Positions 1 through 9,279 of a DNA stretch of 15,673 nucleotides are shown here, piece after piece. The stretch lies in contig NW_021825280.1 of assembly GCF_006345805.1 (NCBI RefSeq), positions 1 through 15,673 on the forward strand. Reading direction: 5' to 3'. The position numbers and the translations under genes are program-made. The DNA comes from Octopus sinensis (Eukaryota). Under the pieces are notes generated by a model, which saw only the letters and a program-made list of their open reading frames with translations, did no database searches and had not been told where the DNA came from. Positions within the stretch are counted from its first letter, which is position 1. The number at the start of each line of letters is the position of its first letter.

Positions 1-1013
1 CCTGATCAACTTGCTATATAAAGCAGGTAGTAATTTTACATTGTCCTTATTCTTAGTGCAAGTTTTGAAGAGTGCAGTTCGTTTTAACAATTATTTTTTC
101 AAAGCTACAACGGAAGTGGCAAAGGAATATATTCGGCATATTTTGTTTTACGAGTTCAATAAAGGCAACAACGCAAAGGAAAGTGCAAGGAATGCTAATA
201 CTGTATATGGGGATCGGACAATAAGCATAAGTCAGTGTCAACGGTGATTCCAGAAATTCCGAGTCGGTAACTACAGTCTAGAAGACGAGCCTCGTCCTGG
301 AAGCTCTGTAGAGCTCCACGAGGACGTCCTGCAAACCCTGGTGGAACAAAATCCCATCGTAGCTGTTGAAGAACTAGCAGAGGAACTTTTTGGACCGAAT
401 AGTGACTGGTAACGAGAAACTGGTTCTCTATAAAAATGTCTGGCGCTGAAGACAGTCGGTAGGCAGAGGAGAAACACCGGAACTCTAAGCTAAAGAAAGT
501 TTTCAGCTATGTATGTTATCTGTTTGGTGGGATATAAAAGGTTTAGTCCACTGTGAACTTTTAAACCCAGACCAAACAATAATAAGATCTACTGCGAGCA
601 GATTAAACAGCTTAAGCCAGAGCTACAAGAAAGACGACCATCCTTGGCTTCAAGACAAAAGGTGTTCTTCCATCAGGAAGATACAGCGTGGATGACATTC
701 CAAAGGATGGAACATTTCGGTGGGAAATGATGTCACGCTCACCATATTTTCCGGACATTGCCCCACCTGTTATTCTTCACATTTATGCCGCAGTCTTCAT
801 AATTATTTTGAAGGGAAAAATATGAATTCTGTAGACAAGGTCAGAACAATACTGGAAGAGTATCTTTCGTTACAGACAAGAAAATTTTGAAAGAGGAGCC
901 TTACAAATCTACCAGATAGATGGAAGGGCATAGTGAAAAATGAAGGAGAATATATATTTCAGATTAAAAAAGGAGTTTGTATAAAAAATCGCGTTCTTTA
1001 TGGGATGACCCAC
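1..1013 (+). mobile_element. Degenerate mariner (Tc1/mariner) DNA transposon; left end outside the window, right TIR present
   Basis: Transposase remnants at 110-967, followed by a mariner-like terminal sequence (about 984-1013, aaaaatcgcgttctttatgggatgacccac) and TA at 1014-1015, the expected target dinucleotide. Confidence 0.9.
110..967 (+). pseudogene. Mariner transposase pseudogene (HTH plus DD34D-type catalytic domain remnants)
   Basis: ACG at 110 in place of ATG starts (M)EVAKEYIRHILFYEFNKGNNAKESARN...SQCQR*FQKFRVGNYSLEDEPRPG (N-terminal HTH; stop at 245-247 where Trp is expected). Other frames give LDRIVTGNEK (cf. IVTGDEKW), MLSVWWDIKGLVHCELL, VFFHQ, SPYFPDIAP (cf. YSPDLAPSD) and LPDRWKGIVKNEGEY. 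Multiple stops, frameshifts and deletions. Confidence 0.92.
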
Positions 1014-1072
1014 TATATGCGTGTATGTGTATATGTGTATATACTTCTGTTATTTCTACCGAATATGCATTC

Positions 1073-1073
<1 letters not shown>

Positions 1074-1148
<75 letters not shown>

Positions 1149-1318
1149 TTATCTATCTATCTATGTATCTATCTATCTATATATCTATCTATCTATCTAT
1201 CTATGTATATATATATATATATATACATGTGTACACACACATGCACACACTCATAGACACACGCACAAGCACACATATGTATACGCACATACATACGTAC
1301 ACACACACACACACACAG
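1074..1318. repeat. Compound microsatellite (TATC)n-(TA)n-(CA)n
   Basis: Directly visible; source of the SIYL-repeat ORFs in the track. Confidence 0.97.
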
Positions 1319-1412
1319 AGGCTCGCGCGCACTCATTGAAGCTTATTGTAGAGATAGAAAATCTTGATATAGCTGTGTATATTTGAAAAAGTGAACAATA
1401 ACATTTTCAATT

Positions 1413-1492
1413 ATTATTTTTCAATTTAATGATGAGATGTTTACAAATCATTAGCGATTTGTAAACATCTTGTCGTTAAAGTGGAAAATAAT
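1413..1492. repeat. Imperfect inverted repeat (37-bp arms, 6-nt loop)
   Basis: Perfect core agatgtttacaaatc (1435-1449) / gatttgtaaacatct (1456-1470); pairing extends to 1413/1492 with five differences. Confidence 0.9.
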
Positions 1493-1529
1493 CATCAGAA
1501 TGACATTGCAGTTCACTCTTGTTATGCGA

Positions 1530-1920
1530 TAATATATATATATTATATATATATATATATATATACAAATGTTATATATATATATATATATATATTACAG
1601 ATGTATATATGCATACATATATTTTTAAATATATGTTAGCGTATGTGTTTGGGTGTATCTGTGTGTGCATGTTTTTATGTATATATATGTGTGAGTGGAG
1701 TGTGTGTATGTATACATGTGTGAGTGTATGTATGCGTGTGGCTATGCGTGTGTTTATCCAAATATACACATACACATGTGAGCCAATGCGTACTCATGCA
1801 TTCATGTATATAGGCCCGCATATATATATGCGTATGTGTGTAAATGTATATTTGCATACACACACACATAGGCACACGCATACATACACTCACGCACACA
1901 CGCACGTGTGTGTGTGTATT
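1530..1920. repeat. Degenerate (TA)n/(TG)n/(CA)n simple repeats
   Basis: Directly visible. Confidence 0.9.
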
Positions 1921-2104
1921 CACTCTGAAATAAATTACAGCTCATGTGAAAGGCTCCGATGAAGCTGTAAGATGTTATACTGTTGTTACTCAACTATCAG
2001 TGCACTGCATTCTCTAGCCAAAACTGTAGTAAGCTAATGGAGTGCATAAGATAATCGTTTATTTTCTTATACGTACCTACATACATATATACATATATAT
2101 TGAT

Positions 2105-2393
2105 ATCATCATTTAACGGCCGTTGTACATGCTGGCACGGGTTGGACGGTTTGACCAGGCCTGACAAGCTGGAAGACTCCAGTCTGATTTGGCATGGTGT
2201 CTACGGCTGTATGCCCTTCCTAACGCCAGCCACTCCGAGAGTATAATGAGTGCTTTTGCGTGCCACTGGCGTGACACTTGCGCGACATCAGTGTCTGCCA
2301 CGAACTGCGATTTTGTTCGGCTTGGTGGATTTTCTTCTGAAGCACGACATAATGCCAAAGGTCATTGCCTTTAAAAGGCCCAACACTCGAAAG
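2105..2393 (-). mobile_element. Octopus-type SINE or LINE-tail repeat, 3' portion
   Basis: Reverse complement reads ...ggcgttaggaagggcatacagccgtagacaccatgccaaatcagactggag...ggtcaaaccgtccaacccgtgccagcatgtacaacggccgttaaatgatgat. I recall this tail, ending in (TGA)n, from cephalopod SINEs with RTE-related 3' ends; not verified by search. Confidence 0.7.
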
Positions 2394-2734
2394 TTTGACA
2401 TAGGAACACTAGGACAAAATTGTTACCTTGTCCCACGAAAATAACAACTGACTCTCTATAGCTTAGTGGATCGAAAATTAAAAAGAATTGTCGGTTGCTT
2501 GATATTATTTTCACCTCTCATTCAAAGTAGGTTATATTTGCCGCTAGGGACTTATTCACTTTCTCTCAAAGCGAAAATAAGTTCTGTAAATCAAGAATTT
2601 ATCCTCTATGGTGTTTAGTATAACCGTTTGTCTTCTTGCTATTCAGATTCCCGCCATAGGCCATTGTGAGAAGTTTCGTTTTTTCTCTTATCTCATTTCA
2701 CTAAGATTATATGTAGGCGTGTTTTTATGTGTTT

Positions 2735-2754
2735 CTTTTATATATATATTATAT

Positions 2755-2788
<34 letters not shown>

Positions 2789-3065
2789 ATATATATATAT
2801 ATATATATATAATATATATATTATATATATATATATATATATAATATAATTACGTACATACATATCTGGTGAATATTTATGAATACGCATATATGTGGTG
2901 TATATATATATTATATTATATATTATATATATATATTATATAGAGAGAAGAGAGAGAGATTGATAGATGGATAGATAGATAGATATACAAATACATGCAA
3001 ACACCATACATATATACACTCGCATACAGACTCGTATACCACACACGCATACGTACACACACAAA
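2735..3065. repeat. (TA)n, (GA)n, (GATA)n and (CA)n simple repeats
   Basis: Directly visible. Confidence 0.92.
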
Positions 3066-3367
3066 CAAATATTTCTAGATGTTTTGGGGATTACTGACGA
3101 AAGGAAAAGTACTGAACATAACTTGTAGTATTTATTTATTCACACACGAAGCTCTGAGTACTTTAGCGTTCAAGTATTCGATGGTGCTTTACGTCTAAGC
3201 GAACATTTAGACACAACAAGCCCGAAGTAGCGATAAAAGTACTATCGTGATCTTCAAGATAATGTACATACAAATTTACATCGAAGTTTATATACAATGA
3301 TATATACGTACACAGGTATAGACACATATATACTAAAACACATGTACGTGCATCTGTACTTCCATAT

Positions 3368-3486
3368 GGTGTGTGTGTGTGAGTGCAAATATCTATCTAT
3401 CTAATCTATCTATCTATCGATCTGTCTGTCTGTCTGTCTGTCTGTCTATCCATCCCTCCATCCCTCCATCCCTCCATCTATCTATC
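3368..3486. repeat. (GT)n-(TATC)n-(TGTC)n-(CCAT/CCCT)n compound microsatellite
   Basis: Directly visible. Confidence 0.92.
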
Positions 3487-3920
3487 TCAAACGGAAAGGA
3501 AGAGCTATTTTCATCATCCTTGTGGCTATGGCGAAAGAATATATCTGGTGGACGCGTCTGAAGGGATTGGAGACAAACACTTTCCTCTCTGGTCAATCTC
3601 TCATCAACTTTTTCAAGTATCACTTGAAAAGAAAAGTGAGAGTAGAGAGGCAAGTTTCGTATAGCGAATGTTTAAAAAAAGATGGGTGAATGTAGCAAGG
3701 ATAGCACGTATGAATGATGAAGCCACCTTGAGCATAATCCTATGAACCCGGAAAATTTAAAACAGAGGGTTACCTACTTGCAAACAAATGTGGTAACATG
3801 TAACATCATTGACCGAGGTTACCGTGGTCTTTTCCGTACGCTTTTCTTCCCACAGATAAACCTTATCTGCTTCCCCATTTACACTTTACACCATGACACT
3901 GTGATACATGGTCCCTATTG
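3486..3920 (+). mobile_element. 5'-truncated L1/Tx1-like LINE: ORF2 C-terminus plus 3' UTR remnant
   Basis: A frame absent from the ORF track, from 3489: KRKGRAIFIILVAMAKEYIWWTRLKGLETNTFLSGQSLINFFKYHLKRKVRVERQV. After a frameshift it continues FKKRWVNVARIARMNDEATLSIIL* (stop 3743-3745). The AK..IW..R and F..RW pattern is typical of L1/Tx1 ORF2 ends. The 3' UTR boundary is approximate. Confidence 0.75.
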
Positions 3921-4179
3921 ATCGTTTTTTTCCCCTTTTTCCCCCTTTTTTTCTTCTTTCCCTTTTACGATCCCTTTTGATCGAAAACCTAACCCACGTT
4001 TTTTTTTCTCTCCCCCAAAAACAAAAACTCTACGAGTGTTAGAGAAAGCGATTCTAACTATGTGGGAATTGATGATAGAATAATATCTAGAATTTTGGGG
4101 AAAGTTCCTAGCAACAGCTTCACGGAACTGCAAGGGAAGGTTCGATTTAATTTGTTTTCCGAAAGGGATAACGAACCAG

Positions 4180-4208
4180 ATACTATTCTTAGTGACTAAG
4201 AATAGTAT
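4180..4208. repeat. Perfect 14-bp-arm palindrome with a 1-nt spacer
   Basis: atactattcttagt-g-actaagaatagtat. Confidence 0.95.
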
Positions 4209-4412
4209 TAGTAATAATAGTAATGGTAATAGTGAACGGTGATAACAATGATAATAATAATAATAGTAATCATTTCACCAAAACATGGAACCTCTACCTT
4301 TATAAGTAGGCTGTTACATCCTTGGTACTTATGTGAATCTTTGCTACACTGGTAACTATTTATTTATTTATTTTTCCGTGCTATTTGTAAACATTAAAAA
4401 ATACACATACCT

Positions 4413-4586
4413 TTATATATATATATATATATATTTATTATTATATATATATATATATATATATATAGAGTAAATAAATGGAATTGAACGCAGATGGTAT
4501 TCAAATTCTTTTAGTTCTTGTTTATTGAATTTTTGTTTATTGAATTTTCCATGTTAACGGTAAACAAAGGATAATTTATTCAGCCA

Positions 4587-4663
<77 letters not shown>

Positions 4664-4670
4664 ATATATA
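4413..4670. repeat. Two (TA)n tracts flanking a ~120-bp cassette
   Basis: (TA)n at 4413-4467 and 4589-4670; the cassette contains a 15-bp tandem duplication ttgtttattgaattt (4518-4547). Confidence 0.85.
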
Positions 4671-4863
4671 TTCATGGCTGATTTAGCGAAGTGCCAAATC
4701 GTATAGTTTAACATTGACGCGAGCAGCTGGCAGGATATAAACCGGATGTAAACCGTACAGGCAAAATTTAGTCGTCAATATTTGTGACTGTATGTGCTAC
4801 ATGTATGTATGTCCATTTTATATTTCTGACTGTCTTTCCCTCACCCCATGGTTATACATGCAC

Positions 4864-5083
4864 TATTCTTTTATTCTTTTACTTGTTCCAGACATTGCGA
4901 CCATGCTGGAGATCCGCCTTAAACGGTTTTAGTCGAAGAAATCGCCCCGGGCACTTATTCTTTGTAAACCTAGTACTTATTCTATCAAGCGAAGGTGGGG
5001 CAACACGCACACACACACACATACATACACACACACACACTCACACACACACACACACTCACACACACATACACACACACACT

Positions 5084-5117
<34 letters not shown>

Positions 5118-5295
5118 ACACAAATATATAAATTTATATATATACGACGGACTTCTTTTAGAGTCTGTGTACCAAGCCCACTCAGAAGCTTTGGTCAGTC
5201 CGAGAACACTAACCCAACGTATCACGCAGTGGTACTTAACCAGGAACCATGTCGCTGGCAAGCAAGCTTCTTACCACAAAACTACGCCTGTGCCA
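4864..5295 (-). mobile_element. tRNA-derived octopus SINE with an internal (TA)n/(TG)n microsatellite
   Basis: Minus strand: tRNA-like head (ggcacaggcgtagttttgtggtaagaagcttgc...ggttcctggttaagtaccactgcgtg), microsatellite at 5003-5145, then the tail gatagaataagtactagg...ctccagcatggtcgcaatgtctggaacaagtaaaagaataaaagaata. The tail is alignable with the plus-strand copy at 14131-14350. Confidence 0.85.
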
Positions 5296-5437
5296 TAAAC
5301 AGTTGATAGATAATAGATAGATAGATATGTATGTGTATACATATATATTTATGCATATTTGAATATATACATATACATATATACATATACATATATTCAT
5401 TCATACATACAAATATAATTTTATTTTATATTATTTA

Positions 5438-6063
5438 TTTTATATTATTTAAGTATATGAACTATATTTGAAATACAGGACAATATAATGGATTTTATAC
5501 ATAATTATTCTGAATTGCTACAGAAGAATTACTAAGGAGGCATATATCAATTTGAAAACTCTCATTCTAAAGTGTAGTTACCAAAATCAAAAGCTAGTAA
5601 TTTTTCATTTATATTTCAAACAAACAACATTTTCCCATATTACTTCATATTAAAAAAAAAACTACCGTTCGTTAAATTAAACAAATTTCACATTTGATAT
5701 TACTGAGAGAAGAGTTATATATAAATGCTTATCGATAAAGGATTCCATTATTTTATATTATCTAAGTCTATGAAATATATTTGGAATACAAGACAATGTA
5801 ATGGATATTACACATAACTATTATGGATTATTATAGAAGACTAACCAAGGAAGTATATGTAGATTTAAAGACTCATACTAAATTGTACTTACCAAAATCA
5901 AAAGTAGTAATTTTTAATTTTTATTTCAAACAAACACCATTTTAGAGTATTACTTCAAATTTTTAAAAAACTACCATCCGATATATTATACAAAATTCAA
6001 ATTTTATATCTCTGAAGAGCAGAAGAGTTGTCTATAAATGCTTATCAATATAGGATTCCATTA
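5438..6063. repeat. Head-to-tail tandem dimer of a 313-bp AT-rich unit
   Basis: Unit 1 at 5438-5750 and unit 2 at 5751-6063; both start ttttatattat.taagt.tatgaa and end ggattccatta. I counted 14 mismatches in the first 89 bp by eye. Confidence 0.92.
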
Positions 6064-6399
6064 CAGGGACAGCACTTCTGTGAAACGATCGTAAGGTGCT
6101 TTAAAAACTCAATTCAAATCTTTTAAACTGTCATATACATTATATATACTTATACATATTTACATATATTTATATATATTATTATTTTTAATACAACAAT
6201 TATTTTAAACATGTATATATCTTTCTGAAGAATTTTCTAATATTGATTTCCTGATATTAATAATAATATATTATAAAATATATATAATCGCTCGTATTAA
6301 ATACATGAATATTTTAATAGTAATAATACTTTGATAAATAGAGCACTCAATATAAATTCAGTATGTAATATTCTCATTGAATATATTTAACGTAAGATG

Positions 6400-6410
6400 T
6401 ATATATATAC

Positions 6411-6442
<32 letters not shown>

Positions 6443-6750
6443 GGAGCAAGAGTGAGAGAAAGAGAGGGGAGAAAGAGAGAGAGAGTGAGAGAGAATCAGA
6501 AACAAACAGACAGACAAACACACCATACGTTTTTGCGTTGTGTTCCTCAGAAAAACACTTTATTTCATGTTGCTTCTGTCCACACTGCTATCAAAACTGA
6601 GCAATCCTGTGTCAAATCGGTGTACTAACCAGAAGGAGAGTGGATAAATACACACACACGACTACACACCCACACACACACACATACACACAGGACCACA
6701 CACACATACACACACACACACGCGCGCGCAGACGCACACATATATATATA
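6400..6750. repeat. (GA)n and (CA)n microsatellites separated by unique sequence
   Basis: (GA)n at about 6410-6495 and (CA)n at about 6648-6740. Confidence 0.88.
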
Positions 6751-6901
6751 GGTATTGAGGCTCTAATGAAAAGTAAAGTGTTACCCATGCACCCAGCTAT
6801 GAGAGTCCACCACATTTTGTAGTGGAAACAGCTGTAAGCCAATGAAGCGTATACGATAATCAGGTACTCCATTCTCACCTCTTTTCTCATACATATATAC
6901 A

Positions 6902-7413
6902 CTAGCAGTATCGCTCGGCGTTGCTCGGGTTTGTAAGGGAAATAACTATATAAGCATTTTTAGAGAGTTACTTCCTTTATAGATGCCAATTCGGGCTTTC
7001 TTAGCCATTTCTGTTTTGGTGTCTTCAAGCCATGAAGTCGTTGTTCTAAAAGAACGCTGGTCTCCTTGACAACGCATTATGACGTTGATTTCCTTAAACT
7101 CCCTTCCCTACAGCTTCACGAGGGAGGGAAGAAGGGGGAAAAGCAAACACAGGTGCAGGTGTTTGAGTGTGGACGCCAACTCCGCCGCCATCGACACACG
7201 AAAAATTATGCATTAAAATGGAATAAAAAATTATGTTAAATTATTTTTAAAATCGTAGACTCATCGTAGACGCGCGCTAATAGCCAGACAGGCTCGATAT
7301 CAATCACGACTATAAGATACCCGAATTTGGTTAAAATGCACCGCAAAATGTGGGAGGAGTTAGGAATCTAAATCGTAGGAGACAGACACTCACTACAGTT
7401 TTATATATATAGA
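6902..7413 (-). mobile_element. Complete non-autonomous Helitron, 512 bp
   Basis: On the minus strand it starts A|TCTATATATATAAAA (7414|7413) and ends cccgagcaacgccgagcgatactgCTAG|T (6902|6901). This gives a 5' TC, a subterminal GC-rich hairpin remnant, a 3' CTAG, insertion between A and T and no TSD, all Helitron hallmarks. Confidence 0.88.
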
Positions 7414-7419
7414 TATGTA

Positions 7420-7532
7420 TACAAAGATATATATATATATATTAAACACATACACCCATATCTATCTATGTATGTATCTATCTATAGACATATATAGATA
7501 CACACACACACACACACACACATACACACAGA

Positions 7533-7590
<58 letters not shown>
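7420..7590. repeat. (TA)n/(CA)n microsatellites
   Basis: Directly visible. Confidence 0.92.
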
Positions 7591-7591
<1 letters not shown>

Positions 7592-7739
7592 CTTTACTTA
7601 AAGCAGCAGAAAAAATTCTACAAAACAGAGTAACAGGTTTTGTAGAATTTTCTGCTGCTTTAAATAAAGCATATTACTCTACCACTGGTATTTGAGTAAT
7701 CTTTTTTTCAACCTTGTTTCACATTTATGTGTTTACTCC

Positions 7740-7741
<2 letters not shown>
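7587..7741. mobile_element. Fold-back cassette within (TA)n, possibly a Penelope-like retroelement end
   Basis: Inverted arms at 7587-7626 and 7637-7674 around a 10-nt loop; a further ~67 bp of unique sequence; (TA)n on both sides. The family assignment is inference only. Confidence 0.4.
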
Positions 7742-7787
<46 letters not shown>

Positions 7788-7960
7788 CACACCCACCGAC
7801 AAACCCAAATATGTATGAATAAGACTTTTGTCTACATCTATGTGTCTGTGTACATGCGTCTTTATCTATATCAGTGTGAGTATACGTGTGTTGCGTGTGT
7901 TTGTGTATGTGTGCTCGTGTATGTGTGTGCGTGTGTGTGTGTGTGTGTACTTGTACACGT
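7742..7960. repeat. (TA)n and degenerate (TG)n
   Basis: Directly visible. Confidence 0.88.
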
Positions 7961-8098
7961 TTTTATGTATCTTTCCTGTAGTATATACACTAAAGAGCAC
8001 TTTTAGTAAAGCACTGTATTGACTGTATAGGCACGGCAGCCATATTTGCAATCACATCCACTAATCACTCTCTTTCTCTTTCTCGCAATGCCTTTCGA

Positions 8099-8140
<42 letters not shown>
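8099..8140. repeat. (ACT)n microsatellite
   Basis: 14 tandem ACT units. Confidence 0.97.
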
Positions 8141-8141
<1 letters not shown>

Positions 8142-8263
8142 GTTTCCTTGTCTCAACATTTTGCGGCCATTTAACTTCAACGAAAGTGAATATTCATAAG
8201 AAGTTAAATGCCATACCCCAGGACAGAGTGAAATGCCACGAGCAAGATTAGAACTTACAACCT
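8137..8263 (-). mobile_element. Highly degenerate SINE remnant
   Basis: tacttgtttc...cattttgcggccat resembles the tail of the 4864 copy. The minus strand aggttgtaagttctaatcttgctcgtggca...ctggggtatggcatttaac resembles a tRNA B-box followed by a CORE-like segment. Confidence 0.45.
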
Positions 8264-8379
8264 ATTAACTCTCTTTGTTTAAAGGAGATAAAAGAAAAAA
8301 AAATCACGTTTCTTTATATTGATGATTTTCTCCCCTTCTCTATCTTCTTATAACATAATATATAAATATGTGCGAGTAC

Positions 8380-8453
8380 GGATAAGTAGAGTCTCTCTCT
8401 CTTCTTCTCTCTCTCTTCTATGTATACTATATATATATATATATTATATATAT

Positions 8454-8499
<46 letters not shown>

Positions 8500-8985
8500 A
8501 TATATATATGTATGTTATATATATACATGTATATATAGATATGTATATTCATATATATATGTATATATATATATGTATAACTGTGTATATGTATGTATAT
8601 TGATATTTATATACATATATATGTATAATATATAATTATGTGTGCATATATATGTGTATATATATATATACATATGTATATATATGTATATATACACGTG
8701 TATATATATGTATATATATGTACATATTTATATATGTATATATATATATATGTGTGTGTATGTGTGTGTGTGTGAGTGTATATATATATATATATAATGC
8801 GGATTGATTTGGTGCGTATTTGTATGTGTACTTATTGACATCCATACACATACAGATATCAATGAGTGGACGGCTTCGTTTTTTTTCATAGCGTGTGTAC
8901 ATTCGTGCGTGTGTGTGTATCTGGCAAGCATCTGTTAGCGTGCGCGCCTGCTGGAATGTGTTTTCTTTTGTGTGTGTGTTTATGT

Positions 8986-9018
<33 letters not shown>

Positions 9019-9040
9019 AAGGAGAGAGAGAGATAGAGAA
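8380..9040. repeat. (CT)n, long degenerate (TA)n/(TATG)n, (TG)n and (GA)n tracts
   Basis: Directly visible; a short unique interruption at about 8797-8960. Confidence 0.9.
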
Positions 9041-9116
9041 AAAATGAGGCGATATAGAGCGAGGAGGAAAATATATTACGAATATAACGAAGTCTAGTAG
9101 TTGTATCATTATTGTT

Positions 9117-9179
9117 AACATCATCATCATTATTCGTTTTCTTGCTGTTGTTGTTGTTGTTGTTGTTCTTCTTCTTCTT

Positions 9180-9210
<31 letters not shown>

Positions 9211-9225
9211 TTATTATTATTGTTT

Positions 9226-9279
<54 letters not shown>
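9117..9279. repeat. Compound trinucleotide microsatellite (CAT)-(GTT)n-(CTT)n-(ATT)n-(GTA)n
   Basis: Directly visible. Confidence 0.97.

Noticed and set aside
1939-1970. Possible 26-nt micro-exon (ag|CTCATG...GAAGCT|gtaaga)
   Set aside because: No polypyrimidine tract and no recognisable peptide.
933-1993. Track ORFs rich in SIYL, YI, HT and CV
   Set aside because: Translations of (TATC)n, (TA)n and (CA)n; the same applies to similar ORFs throughout the window.
2455-2480. tRNA A-box-like TAGCTTAGTGG
   Set aside because: No B-box or cloverleaf follows.
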